Assembly: GCA_964106915.2 (NCBI GenBank)
Contig: OZ066919.1
Direction: 5' to 3' (one strand)
DNA length: 64,000 nucleotides
From: Podarcis gaigeae
Taxonomy: Eukaryota
Shown here piece after piece: positions 26,076-39,271 of the stretch. How positions within the stretch are numbered: position 1 is the stretch's first letter; each line of letters starts with the position of its first letter. Under the pieces are notes generated by a model. The model worked only from the letters and a program-made list of their open reading frames with translations, ran no database searches and had not been told where the DNA came from. The position numbers and the translations under genes were made by a program.

Positions 26076-26288
26076 CAGGGGTCTGAAACCTTTTTCAGCC
26101 GTGAGCCGGTCCACCGTCCCTCAGACCATGTGGTGGGCCGGACTATAATATTTTTTTTGTGGGGGGGGGGGGAATGAACAAATTCCTATGCCCCACAAAT
26201 AACCCAGAGATGCATTTTAAATAAAAGGACACATTCTACTCATGTAAAAACATGCTGATTCCCATGGGCCTTAGGTTGCCTACCCCTG
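26076..26288. mobile_element. Non-autonomous hAT (Charlie-like) element
   Basis: Perfect 8-bp TSD GTCAAACA (26068-26075 and 26289-26296). TIR CAGGGGT...ACCCCTG. Confidence 0.92.
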
Positions 26289-27049
26289 GTCAAACACTCA
26301 AAGCGGAGTCTACAGCCAAAACAGATCATCCTGTATCTTAACAGGTTTCATCTCTGACCTCTGCCTTTCACTAACAACTTAAACAGATAACTGCCATTTA
26401 ACTTGATTTTGCTACAACCTAGCCAGCCAAAGAACATAGAGCCCTAGAGTTTTCAGCATCACACAAAAAAACTCCAGATCTCTAGAGCTAACAGAATGGA
26501 AAAGGAGCTCCAAGATTATCTACCTAACCCGACACACTGAAAGAATTATCTAGATCACATCTGGGCAACTTAAGACCCATATGCCAAATACAAATTAAGG
26601 GCATCCTTTCTGTAGCTTGCCAAGTATTCACTGCATCACATAGCATGCTAGCTACCACCTTACTTTGTATTTTATTACACTTTAGCCCAGTATATTTTTC
26701 AGGAAATAGCTCTGCCCATTTGGCAGAATGCAGTGTCAGCAAACCCAAAGTGTAAGTTCTCTTCCCGATCATGGTCCAGAAAGCTTAAGCAGGTATACAA
26801 TCCAACCTACGCTCAAAAAGTCATCCAGCAGAACGCTATGCTGATTGTGTCTCCCCATTCTTATTAAAATATCATCAAGCAAGGAAGTTGGTCAATAACC
26901 TCAAAAAAACCCTATATGAATATTTGGCAATATGCAAATATAAATATAATTGATGAATAATCAATTACAAAGCTGGTGAAAAATCAATTTAAAATATCTA
27001 ATCAGCTAACTTTCCTATTTCTTGATTTTCTTAGGCCTCATGTGGAACA

Positions 27050-27303
27050 TGCATCAACAGAATAATGTCCTGATTAAAGGAAGTAATAGTACCGCTCTAT
27101 TCTGCCTTGGTCAGACTACATCTGGAGTACTGTGTCTAGTTCTGGGCACCACAATTTAAGAAGGATGTTGACAAGCTGGACAAGATGATCAAGGGTCTGG
27201 AAACCAAGTCTTTTGAGGGATGGTTGAGGGAGTTGGGTATATTTAGCCTGGGAAGGAAGAGACTGAAAGGAGATATGACAGCCATCTTCAAATATCTAAA
27301 GGG
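27050..27303 (+). mobile_element. CR1 LINE ORF2 C-terminal fragment
   Basis: [31 protein letters not shown] and MIKGLETKSFEGWLRELGIFSLGRKRLKGDMTAIFKYLKG are diagnostic CR1 peptides. Confidence 0.93.
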
Positions 27304-27430
27304 TTTATTGACTTATTTATTAAATTTGTATACTGCCCTTCATTCAAAGATCTCAGGGCGGTTCACAGCAAAAATACAAGATAAAAACACAAAACACATA
27401 ATAAAAATAAGAACAAAAACAAAACAATAA
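27304..27430 (-). mobile_element. L2-type 3' tail abutting the CR1 fragment
   Basis: The minus strand reads gctgtgaaccgccctgagatctttgaatgaagggcagtatacaaatttaataaataag, the L2 stem-loop plus TAAA tail. Confidence 0.75.
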
Positions 27431-28309
27431 CTCCCCTCACTCCCCTTGCTGCTGGTGTAATACAAATGACTAATGCAGTATGTGCGGGTTAGTGGGCTGT
27501 TATTTCATTTGTCACAGTTTTAAGGGAGAAAAGCATGCTCACAGTGACATAAAATAAATGCTTATGGACTAGTAGCTTTTACAGACTTTTGTATGGCTAT
27601 GCTACCCTGTAGTACAACCACTGCCAGTCTCCGCATACTTTTTCTCTGTCTCAATGACAAGAAAATAGGACAATGCCACCACCCACCCCAATTATGAGTA
27701 ATAAATTAATTTTTATTAAATAACTAATCACTCTCTCTCTAATATTCTACCCTAGATATCAGTTTCTCTTATGTTTCGCCCCCTTTCTTAGCGTTTTACT
27801 ATCCCTTGTGATACTGTTGTCTGGCTTCATTCCCATGGTCTTAATTTCCAAACCAATACCACTGTGCTCTCTCAACTTACACTGTGTCAAAGCTCATTAT
27901 GCTTTCAGCTAACACACCACCAACCCCTTCAGATACAGGGATGAAGCTCTTACCCTTTGTGTATAGAAGATTAGACAAGCTGAAGTTTGCCGTCCATAGC
28001 AAGGTAATCCCTACGTGAACGGCTTAGTTACAAGCATCTCACCCAAAACCAATTCCTAGAAACCACAGGGAGAGGGAGAAAGGGGGGAGGAAGACACTTG
28101 CAGGATTCAACATACAACCCTCCATTGCCAAACAAAGCAAGAAAAAGAAAGCAGCAGAAAAGGTTAGCATGCAGAGCCATAAAATTAGAAAATACAGGAC
28201 TGAGAAAGCGGTTGCTTGGATTACAAAACTAGTTTAAGTTTCCTTTTGTCTTGAAGAGTGAAAGATTTGGGGGTAAAATAATAGTCAGGGGTTTAGAAAA
28301 AGCTCATTG

Positions 28310-28555
28310 CCTGCAAAAGGTTCAATCTGGCCTCCTGTGCTCATTGATATCTTTATGTATCTGCTGGGAAAAGTCATCCAGGGGTTTGAGTTGAAGTATC
28401 ACCAAAACGAAATGGCATTCATTTCTACCTGTCTACCCACGGGAGGTTGTGGAAGCCCTCCACCAAGACAAGAGGAGGTGCTGTGGATTGGAAAGTCACC
28501 ATCTCCAGATTCAGCTGTACAAGTAGTCCTAGATGGGACTGTGGCCCCCAAGGAA
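28310..28555 (+). mobile_element. Degraded L2 ORF2 fragment
   Basis: KGSIWPPVLIDIFMYLLGKVIQGFEL.YHQ resembles L2 QGSILSPMLFNIYMKPLGEVIR.FG..CHQY; downstream acaagaggaggtgctgtgg (KTEVLW-like). Confidence 0.65.
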
Positions 28556-31500
28556 CAGCAACCACACAAAAATCCAGAACAGATTTAACGGATGCATGGG
28601 GAGAGGAGGGAGGGAAATTTACGCTGTGCAAACAAATGCCCTTGCACTAATGGAACTACTGTGTTGGATACCACTAATGTTCTGTCGGTTTTAACTCCAA
28701 TGGGGAAGTTATGGCCTAAATTTTGTAAAAATTTAATTCTGCAATGTTGCATGTTGGTAATTGGTTGTGAGCCACTTTGTGAAGAAAAATTCTCCCAAAA
28801 AGTGGGGTATAATTTTTTTAAATAAATAAAAGCAATAGCCAGATGAAGCAGAATTCAGTACATACACAGTACACACATAGGTCTTCTACTTGTTTATTCC
28901 AGAACATATTATGCTGACAGCAATTTTTATGGTGAAGCATGTGATGTAGCAGCATAGGTATTATATGTACTCGGAAAAACAAGCCAAGGATCAGCACTTA
29001 ATCATGGTTTCCCATTCATGTATGAACAGAAACAATGCTTAATGATTTCAAGACAAGCAACTTTGAACTATGGCTTAATATCCTGGCTTGTTTTGAAGCC
29101 ACTAACCATACTTTCCAGATTCACACATATTGGGGAGCTATGATTAAGTGAGGAATCTTGTTCTGTTGTTTGCGTGAAGGGAGGAGCTAAAGGGCAGAAA
29201 AGGGACTGCCTGCAGCAGTTGCGTACTGCTCATGCATATCTTAACTTTTAAAAAGAGAGAATATTTGGCTTAATAGCATGTGGGAAATGGTCTATCTGCT
29301 AGGATTCTTAAAGGATTGTGAATTCTGCATATGCATGGCTTGACTGCAGAATGCACATAATTCTGCCCTTAATTCGCCATTGCTACACTTGTCATGTAAT
29401 CAGTTGTGAGATCTGACAAATTCTCTAGGCAGAAATTTTAACTGCTTGGCATTATTCAAAGTAACTTAGGTTTGTGTTGTTATTTTTAAGGTGTAAATTT
29501 CTTGATTCAGGAGCAAAATCGCTCACTCAACGAATACAGGGCAATAAGCACAATAGCACTATTCCTAAAAAGTCACACATCCACCAGTATTAGCATCTCG
29601 GGAAGCAGTCTCTCACACTAGAAGATATTAGGATTGTGCATGAGTCGACAGTATTAATAGTGAGGTCCAGTGTAGCATGAGCAAATGCAACATGATATCT
29701 CCTTCTCCTCCGATCTGTAACATGTTGCATACCTCCAAAATCTCCAGAACAGATTTTGGCGTCACAGGTGGAGACTGGAAGGTGAAGGAAAGAAAGCAGA
29801 ATTCCTGCTGCACACATGGATTTCAGCAAGCAGGTGGATCTTACTGGGTGCCACCATAATACTGGACTTCAGATAACTTAAACCTAGAACATGTTTGGTA
29901 ACTTAAGACCTTGGATCTATGAAAGTCAAGTGGTTTATTCTCTGAGCTTGTAATAGAGAGCTTCTGTCCTTTCCATTGTTCTTGATATATTCTGAACGTG
30001 GCATCGCCAACTCTTCTTGTAAAACTTGGACAAGGAAAAATTAAAAACAGTAAAATCAAATTAAGCAATGGTATAATTCACTGCTAAGGATTCACTAATG
30101 TGCATCCCAAGAAATGCACCAAGAGCTATAAATGTTTCTAGTATGTTTTATCACCATATTAGAAAGCAAGCATTTGCTTTTTAACCACTTACTTATCAAA
30201 ATAAAAACTTCTGAGCAAGTAGTTTCCTGGAGAGAAATGAATTAGTCAAGTCTTTCCTGCCATGGAAATAATCAGATACGCATTTTCATGTCTTAGAAAT
30301 TTAGCTTTTGCAGGTGGGACTTGTTCTGCTTCCCATCCTCAGCCCCAAACAGTACTTAATAGTCTGTTTGGATCAAACTAAAGGTTCATCCATCCCATCA
30401 TACTCTTTCCCATAATGGTCATGGAGTTGCTTTGGGAAAGCCCACTAGAAGCAGAGCGTGAAGGCAACAGCCTTCCTCTGCTGCTGCCCGCAGTAACAAG
30501 TAGGTTCCATTGAACTATCATGGCTAATAGGCATTACAGACACATTTGCCAAATCCCCCTTTGAAGTCAGTCAAGCCAGTGGCGATAATGACATCTTCTG
30601 TCAGACAGAAGATGGATCTCTAGTCTGACCCAGCTTGGCAACTATTATACTAAGTTATCTTGGGTGCTACTCCAAGTCAACACAAAAGTGAAGTTCCTTC
30701 ATGATATAAATGGGGTGCAGTATGACAGCCTGTTCCTTGTATGTGTGGAGGACCTTCTCAGGGATGCCTACTATTTTTATATTATATGCAAGTTGTGAAT
30801 AAGAGCAGAATGAACAGGGTGGAGATCAAGCCTCTATATCTGCTTCCAGAAAATCAGACAAGGTTGAAATATCTATGCTCTGCTTCTGGTTCTCCTGGAT
30901 GGTAATGATGAAGCTAGACAGGCTGAATTATCCAGGATATAGCACAATGCATCAATATAATGATATAGCAGACAGGAAAGAATGACTCACCAGGTGCTGG
31001 TTTGCTTTGAGCAGAGAGAAAAGGAATACAATGCCATCCCACCATACTGTTGGAATGGGGAGATTTTCCACAGGGATACAGGGCAGAACAGGGAGGCTTA
31101 CTCAGAGAGAAGTCTGGTGTGAATAAGCCTGAGGTAGTTCCCTCATCTGGCCCCTCCAAGGAAGCAAGACTCAGTGGTTTGTAACACAAAATACACAATT
31201 CACTGCTCATAACCAACAATACACATCACAGTTTGCTATAAATCCCAAGCTACACTGGTTTCCAAGAATGAGCTGCTTACCCCAAGTCCAAGCTTTGCCT
31301 TGCAGTTTCACATTCTCAAGTAGCTCCTTGGAATCCCCTTCCCACAGCACTTGTTCTCAGGCCTAAGGTCCCATAAGCTTAACAAGGCTGAATCTCCACT
31401 CACACATTTCAGCCTGGCAGGTCTGGTGCCTCTTATCTCGAGCTTCAGGTAGTTTCTTTTTAATTAATAGCATTTCTGTATCGATGGAGGAAACTCTAAC

Positions 31501-32059
31501 ACCCAGAATGAATGGCCCTCTCTCATTAGATCCACTGCTGTCATGATGTATTCAAGCTGTGGAGGAGAATTCATTTCCTCTCAGGTGCATGGACTTTTCT
31601 TTCCTTAGCGGGGGGAGGTTTTTAGAATGAGTGACGGTATTTGCCAAACCTGACATGAGACTACGTTGATGTGAAATGCCTTTGTCAGGACAACCCTTCA
31701 GAAAGGTGATGTTCCCACTCAGGGGCTTTTTCCTCGTTAAAGAAATTGCATCTTAACAAGGAAAGGAGGCTAGTAAGCAGGAGGAAAACAGCTGTCTTCC
31801 TTTTGCCAATCCGATTCTTGCTGATCAGTGGGGGCTGGGAGTCAGGAAATCCTCCCATGCACATGTTGCGTACAGAATCAGCACCTGGTTTCTGACCCCA
31901 GGGTTACAATGAGCTTTCTGGGCAACAACTCACCACGTATTCCAAACAGGTCCATGATACTACTCTGACCTAAGCTCATCACTACTGGATATTCACTTAT
32001 GCCTAGCTGCTGTCAACATCTAATGAAGAACCCTGGAACCCTGAAGCTAAACAAAATAA

Positions 32060-32450
32060 TGTGATAGTATGCCAGCTACGAATCTACTGGAACAGAAACA
32101 GCCTTGCTTCAGTTATCCATTACCTGGTAACTTCCTGTGTGGACTACTGCAATGCACTGGGTCCCCAGATGCATTTGAAAATGGTTTGGAAACTCCAGTT
32201 AATTCAGAATATGACCATGAGACTGCTAACTGGGACCAGATGATTTGAACACATCAAGCCAGTACTTCACTGCCTTCACTGGTTCTGTTTCTAGGAGGAG
32301 TTAAAATAGTATTGGTATTTACTTTTAGGGCCTTTCAAAGCTTAGGACAAAGATACTGAACAACTCTTTTTTTTCTATCCCTACACATACCTACCTGACA
32401 CTTCAGATTTTCTTCAGGTCCATCTTCATGTCCCCCTACCAGGTGAGGTG
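32060..32450 (+). mobile_element. L2 ORF2 C-terminal fragment
   Basis: LASVIHYLVTSCVDYCNAL...LKMVWKLQLIQN and EHIKPVLHCLHW are typical of L2. Confidence 0.85.
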
Positions 32451-34664
32451 CAGGATGTGGCCCCTTGGATGCTGCTGAACTACAACTCCCATTCTTCCTA
32501 TCAGCCATGCTTGCTTATAGGAAGTATGCTTGAAGTATAGGAACTATACTTCAGCAATATATGAAGGGTCACAGGTTAGCACCCCCACTGCAACAACAAG
32601 CGATAAAATCTTAGAATTTTTTTTCTGAAACACTGAAAGAAAGAGGATGGAAAGTACTAAGAAAGAGCCACTGATTCTTATTCCAACAATGAATTGGAAC
32701 TGTAAAAAAACCCACATGTTTGCTCCTTGTACTAAAATGCCCATTAAAGAGAAACACAAGATAGAGAGCTCCCTCAAGTGCAGAAGATATATTTTCCGAA
32801 ATATATCGTTTAATTTTCCTGTTATTATCTGGAATAAAAAGATTAATACCTGTTAACCTGCCACATATTTTTGCAACTTATTTGATACTAGTCTGGCCTT
32901 TGACTTTTAAAAAATCTGGATCTGAACCAGTATGATTCCTGAAAACTCACACACTCATCTATCATAAGCAAAACAGCTGTTTATCCTTTGCACAATAATG
33001 ACATATTAGTTAGTTTCCCTCCAGTGCACTCTTAGAATATAATTGAACTTTGCTGAGGAATACATCTGAGGTATGCTGCACATCCAAGCTACTGTGCCTC
33101 TTTTGGTCCTTGAGGCAGCATATCAGCTCTTCACCAATCCCATTTGAAAAGAGATGTAGCTCAGTTCTGCTTTGCTAAATCTTATTTGGCAATGTGTCTA
33201 AACACATGCAAACTTAATTAGTTCAGGAGGGAGCCTCAGCATTCATAGTGATGGATAAAAGTAAATGGGGAAATGAGACGAGTCAGGGCTGGCAGCAAGC
33301 GCTCTCTCACTCAAGCTCAAGCCATGTTCGCCAACATGCTGCTAATCAGATGTGATGGCACTAAGGCTTCCGCAGCCCATCTCCACTGGGACAAAGTGAC
33401 GGGCTGTTCATTAACAGGTAGCTGCTGAAGCCCTTACTTCCATGAAGCCGGAATCACAAAACCACAGGTTTCCCACTTGGCACCAGAAACATCCAAGCAT
33501 TAGCCTCTGAAACTGTTGTGTAAAAGAACATTTAAAAATAAGATAAAATGCATGGTGGGGGAGATGAGCCATTTACAACATCTTCTGAGGCTACAATGGA
33601 ATGTCCTCTCCCACATGAATGAAAATGCATGTAAAAGATATGCAAAGAATGACGTTAACAAACTCAAAAAGGATCTGTGGTGTCTCCTGCTGGCCATGAG
33701 GCCTCAAATCCACATTGCAGGAAGGAAAATCCTCATTATGTTCTTTTCCCTCACAGAATCATAGAAGTGTATGATATGTTTGTCCTAGATATATTTTGTA
33801 AGGCTTCCATAATAGAATTATACACCTCAACTAGCTAGCTCTATTGCTTAACTGTTTTAGAATGAAGTCCCTCACTCCTGCCAACCAAGTGTCCAACTTA
33901 AAGTAGGCCTGCACACACTTGAACTATTGCTTCTTGTTCTGTATTTAATGACCCTGGTCTTTCTTCTCTATGTCAGCCTCTTCCACATTCTATTTGCAAA
34001 CAAGCGCAAATGGACCTGATAAATCTCAGCAAAGCTAGTTCACTCAGCTTTTTGTTTTTTATGCATTTCAAGCTCTTTACCATCTTTGATGCTCATTCAA
34101 ATCCTTTCCAGTTTTGTTTGTATCCCCTTTAAAATGTGACAACAAAAACTAGACAAGCTGCTCCAGATGAGCAGCACCTTCCATCCTTTTTGGAAGCATT
34201 TCTGATCATGTGATATATGAATTTGGTTAAATAACTAAATAAAAATGTGGACAGGACACAACAAAAGAAGATTCACTACCAGGAAGTCTAAAAAGTTGAC
34301 AACCAGAATACGTAACTCCAAATGCTCCAGGTAAACAACTCCAAATGATGCAGGTAAACAAGCTAAGGTATATATGTTTATTTTATTCTGGAAGCTTGGA
34401 GGCATGCACGACAACAATCTGAGATTTTTGCAATAAAGACTGAAGTGATGGTGAAAGGTGGCAATGATTCTGGAGGCACACAAAGGCAAAAGATAAGAAT
34501 TAAACACAAAAATGTCCTTATGGAGTACCAGAATCAGCATTGATACAATGACAATTCCTTACCTAATCCCAAAGACACAGTCTATATAGATATAACCTAA
34601 GGGATCACTTGGCCATCTGTAGGGACACTGATCCATCACATATGAGAAACTCACCTTCATTCAC

Positions 34665-34792
34665 CTTCACCAATCAAGTGACCTTCAGACATTTTGGACT
34701 ACAACTCTCCTCAGCCCCAACCAGCACAGGTGGCTGGGATTGGTGGAAATTGCAATCCAAAACATCTGAATGGCATCAGGTCGGGGAAGGTT
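34665..34792. mobile_element. Palindromic hAT-type MITE (same family as 24053)
   Basis: ccttcaccaa...cagacattttggactacaactc / gaaattgcaatccaaaacatctg...ggggaagg. Confidence 0.75.
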
Positions 34793-35252
34793 TGACTTGC
34801 CCACAAAGGTAACTCTGTGTTGCAGATTTAGGGCCAGATGCTCTAACACCAAAACAAGATGTAGAGTAAGTTGTAGGGATAAATAATGTATATTTAGGCC
34901 AGTGAAATTCTGAATTTTCTCATACTGATGCTTTAAAGGAAATTACCGTATTTTTCGCTCTATAACACGCAGATTTTTTCTCCTAAAAAGTAAGTGGAAA
35001 TGTCTGTGCGTGCTATAGAGTGAATGTGTGGTCCCTGGAGCCGTTTGTCCCAAGTGCATGGCAAAAATCAGGCAAAAATCATATTGCGCCGTCACGGAGG
35101 AGAGGAGGCTGCTGCTTTCCTGCATTCTGCCTCAGGGTCTTACTGCCCACCCTGTTCTGTTTCGGTTGCTGTTTGCTCAGACGGAACAAAGAGCAGTGAA
35201 ATCCCCTCCCCTCCAGGCAAGTAGAGAGGAAAGCAGAGCGTCCGTGCTCCGG

Positions 35253-35291
<39 letters not shown>
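35253..35291. repeat. (TGC)13 microsatellite within the Tc2 element
   Basis: Directly visible. Confidence 0.97.
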
Positions 35292-35325
35292 GTCTGGGGA
35301 TTCGGCAGGCAGCGGAAAACATGCA

Positions 35326-35328
<3 letters not shown>

Positions 35329-35368
<40 letters not shown>
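35329..35368. repeat. (GA)20 microsatellite within the Tc2 element
   Basis: Directly visible. Confidence 0.97.
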
Positions 35369-35371
<3 letters not shown>

Positions 35372-35515
35372 CTGGCTTGGGTGGGTGGGTGGGTGGACTT
35401 TTGCCTTCCTTCCCCCCCCCCTTTAAACCCCTCTCCTGCATTCTTAGCCAGCTGCTTCTCCGCACACCCTCTCGTGCTCCTTGTCCCTTCTATATTTTTC
35501 CTTCCCTCCCCACTT

Positions 35516-36176
35516 AAAACGTGGTTACAAAGCACGGATCCACATGGATCCTCAGGATCTTTGCATTGGGTCACCCCAAATTCAACATCAGATCACATAG
35601 CAATGATCTGATGCAAAAACAGGGCTGCAATGGTGCAAAAACGTGCTTACAAAGCATGGATCCTCAGGATCTTTGCATTGGGTCACCTCAAATTCACCAT
35701 CAGATCACATAGCATGTCCATGGCTACAGCCTGCCCCCCCCCCAAAATCACGTACCCACTGTTGCCTGGGGCTGCAATGGTGCAAAAATGTGGTTACAAA
35801 GCATGGATCCACATGGATCCTCAGGATCTTTGCATTGGGTCACCCCAAATTCACCATCAGATCACATAGCATGTCCATGGCTACAGCCTGCCCCCCCAAA
35901 ATCATGCACCCACTGTTGCCTGGGGCTGCTATGGTGCAAAAACGTGGTTACAAAGCATGGATCCACATGGATCCTCAGGATCTTTGCATTGGGTCAGCCC
36001 AAATTCACCATTAGAGCACATAGCATGTCCATGGCTACAGCCTGCCCCCCCAAAATCACACACCCACTGTTGCCTGGGGCTGCAATGATGCAAAAACGTG
36101 GTTACAAAGCATGGATCCACAGGGATTCTCAGGATTTTTGCATTGGGTCACCCCAAATTCACCATCAGATCACATG
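35516..36176. repeat. ~154-bp tandem repeat, five anchor copies (first unit shortened)
   Basis: The anchor caggatc/tttttgcattgggtca occurs at 35553, 35665, 35822, 35976 and 36130 (spacings 112, 157, 154, 154). Confidence 0.95.
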
Positions 36177-36971
36177 TCTGTGGCCACAGCATGAAGCACA
36201 AAAATGGTACATCCACTGTTTCATTCAGAATGTTTTTCCCCTTGTTTTCCTCCTCTAAAAACGATGTGCGTGTTATGGTCAGGTGCGTGTTATAGAGCGA
36301 AAAATACGGTAAGCCCTGCTAAATCTCTGCAACAAGGTCAATCTATGGTGGCTCTAGACAGGGCTTCAAAGAGGGCTCAGATACAGACTGTTCTGCTAAC
36401 AAATACAAAAAAGTAATTATTTTGTCTAAAAAAGAGCAACACCTTTTCTTTCCACATTGGGTCTTTTGCTGTCAGTTCAGCCCCAATTTTTCAAGTTAGC
36501 GCTAGTAATCAGTCCAAGCAAGTAAGTGCTCAAGAATCCTTCTCAATGCTGAATAGAATAAGCATGGATTCTCTCCGGCAGCATGCCCTCTTACGACTTG
36601 TAGAAATTCACGTGTGATTGAAAGCCAAGCAGCACAGCTAACAAGTTGTGGATGTCAGGTTAGCACTGTATATGTCAAGTGCACAACCTTTTTCTTGTAA
36701 TATAAACGGCATCACTCTGCTAGAGAGGCAAAGATCGGGTCACATGAGCCCCAGTGCTTTCTGTCTGTCCAAATATTACTGATAAACAGGGATAAGTGGC
36801 TTTTATGTACATGCACTCAATTAAGGAACATAATAACCCACTGTAGTTGAACAGATTCTAAATGGTTGTGGTGTCTCCTGCTGGCCACTAAGTCTCAAAT
36901 CCTTCTTCACATTGGGTGTGAATGAGAGGACCACAAAGGAAGTACACTTTCACATGCCACATGGAGTATGC

Positions 36972-37221
36972 CATGAATGGCTTTAAAAGGAGGTTAGTAA
37001 AATTCATGGAGGATAAAGCTATCAAGGACTCTAAGTCATGATGGCTATATACTGCCTACAGGATCAGAGGAAGAATACTGAACACAAGTTGCTGAGGAAC
37101 AGGAGCAGGGGAGAACCCTTGCTTTCATGTCCATGAGTTTCTGCTTGACTAGTGTGGAAAACAGGAAGCTCAGCTAGATTGGCTTTTGGTCTGATCCTGC
37201 AAGGCTCTTATTATGTTCTTA
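36972..37221 (+). mobile_element. CR1 3' end/UTR fragment
   Basis: atggctttaaaaggaggttagtaaaattcatggaggataaagctatc...ggtctgatcctgcaaggctcttattatgttctta parallels the copy at 14540-14760. Confidence 0.8.
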
Positions 37222-38161
37222 ACCCCTTTACATCAGTATAATGCCAGGCACCTTGTGTAGTTCAATAATACAAAATTGTGGCAGACCAAGGCAGAGAGTT
37301 ACAAAGACATGGAGCTATATAAGTTTCTCCAGTATTAAGTTGTATTGCTGTTGACTGAAGTGAAGTGCTGTAGCTGATTTTCTATAGAAGGTGTCTAGGA
37401 AAAGAGAGCTCTTGGCTAATAAGGCCCCAAACAATGCAGATTAAAATATATGTCAGCATCACAACTATTGTTTTAATTTAATTTTGATGTACAGAAGCTG
37501 ATATCTTTCAATATGAAAGTAGAGAAAGACCATCCCCTTTTAAACCTGCTGACAGTTTTATGGGGAGGGGGGGATAAAAATGAATCCTATACATTCATCT
37601 TTTCTCAAGCAAGAAATACAAAGTTCCTTGCTCTTCAACTTAGTCATCATCTCTGAAAGAAAGGATCTTCAAACAGACAGTAATGTGGTTCAAGTTCAAG
37701 AAAAAATGCACCTGCCATTATCCTGCACTCCGTCTGTTTACAATATGGACTATTTTGACATGCTGAGATGCAGGAATGCATCTCATTCTCGGGGATACGC
37801 GGGGACCTCAGCATCTTGTGTATCTGACCAAGGAAATGATGGGTGCCACCTTTACTCACAAATGTGGCATGCTCCATAATGTCCCCTCCGAGATGGCTAA
37901 GTGCTGGCACAGAGGCAGAGGGAGAGAGGGACAGGCATGATATGACCATTACTAGACATGTATCAGTACCACACCATTTGAAGACATTTTACTTCCAAAA
38001 GGGTGTGCTACCTAGAAAGTTAAGATATAGGAGAAATGGTAGCACACACTTCCCTTCTCCAAAATAAGGAAGATACATGAAAATCCTAGCGCGGGAGGAA
38101 ATATTGAGAAGCGGCAAGAGTGCTCATAGCATGAATGCATAATCCTCCATCCCATACTCAC

Positions 38162-38253
38162 ATTACTTTCAAGTCCCAGTCTCCACAGGTTACAAAAATC
38201 GACTTGACGCTGGGATCCAAGAGGCCTTCCTTTGCCATCCACTCATCGACCCT
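38162..38253 (-). CDS. ERI3: ERI3 coding exon (human exon 6 equivalent), ExoII motif
   Basis: 92 nt, ends in phase 2. Acceptor tgtttctttcag|AGG, donor AT|gtgagt. Encodes RVDEWMAKEGLLDPSVKSIFVTCGDWDLKV(M), containing ExoII TCGDWDL. Confidence 0.97.
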
Positions 38254-39271
38254 CTGAAAGAAACAGATGAGCTTTCTGAGACATGGAAAAGAGACACAAC
38301 AGTTAAATGCTGATAAGCCTCACAATCACAAGAGAAGAAAATTGTGATCTTATCCGACACGGCTGTCCCCCCTCCCATCTCATTCTGTTCCCCTCCTCAT
38401 CTCTATGAAAGTATGCTTGGACCTTTGAAGATTTCTGATAGGAGACATCAAGCGGCCAGAGAAGGGGTGATCTTATCAGGAATCACAACACTTCTCCTTA
38501 CAGAATGGCCGTCACATTTTAATATTACTTGGACATTTCCTGTGTGTCTTGAATAGCCTTCCCCACGCCATAATACAGATAGCTTGTTAAATCAACAGTT
38601 ACAAATGGTCCTTTTTCAACATACCCTAAGCAATTGCCTACAGAATCATGTTCGGATCTGAACAAGCTGGACTTTAACCAAGGAGACCTATCAAGCAATC
38701 AAATGTGGAATAGCGGAGTACAAAAATAAGGGTTCCTATCCAAATCAGTAGGGAGTGAGAAAGCCTTGCAAATAAATAACCTTGTAAACACAATTATTCC
38801 ACTGTTTTATTCTTCTAACAAATATCAATTTATTCTCTGTAATAGACAGGTGTAAGGACACATGTTCCTCTTTCCAGAAGCAGAAAAGTGGTACAAGAAT
38901 ATGAAACAAGGACAGCAGATAGGGCACAGGGATCAAAAGGGACCGACAACATGGGAACAGGCTATATAGTAGGAGCACTGGAAAGACACAAGGAACCATG
39001 CAGGGCATTAAAATAACAGGTACTTTCACTATATTATTTGCCGTGCCTGCTTAAAAAAAACCTGTGTTTCATTATGCTCACCACGAATTTAATTTTAGCA
39101 TGCAATTTTAACAGGTGATTTTAGTATGCATAATTGTTTTAAAATTACTGATTTTAGTTTACATTTTGTAATGTAGCTTGTTTTTAATGTTTATCTCTTG
39201 TTAATAACTTGGAGGTATTTTGCTTGAGTGGTGTACAAATTTAATTAAATGAACGAATACAAAAAAAAAAA

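Larger units (their letters stand above)
34946..36309. mobile_element. Non-autonomous Tc1/mariner (Tc2-type) DNA transposon, 1364 bp
   Basis: Perfect 26-bp TIR CCGTATTTTTCGCTCTATAACACGCA (34946-34971 and reverse complement at 36284-36309), flanked by a TA TSD. CCGTA termini are typical of the Tc2 group. No transposase ORF. Confidence 0.93.

Noticed and set aside
35028-35611. Poly-Cys/Ala/Leu/Ser and ER-repeat ORFs
   Set aside because: These are translations of the (TGC)13 and (GA)20 microsatellites.
35516-36176. Regularly spaced repeats resembling a CRISPR array or a repeat-protein ORF
   Set aside because: The sequence between anchors is itself repeated, so there are no unique spacers. There are no cas genes, the context is a vertebrate intron, and the array lies inside a Tc2 MITE. 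The repeated peptides occur in all frames.
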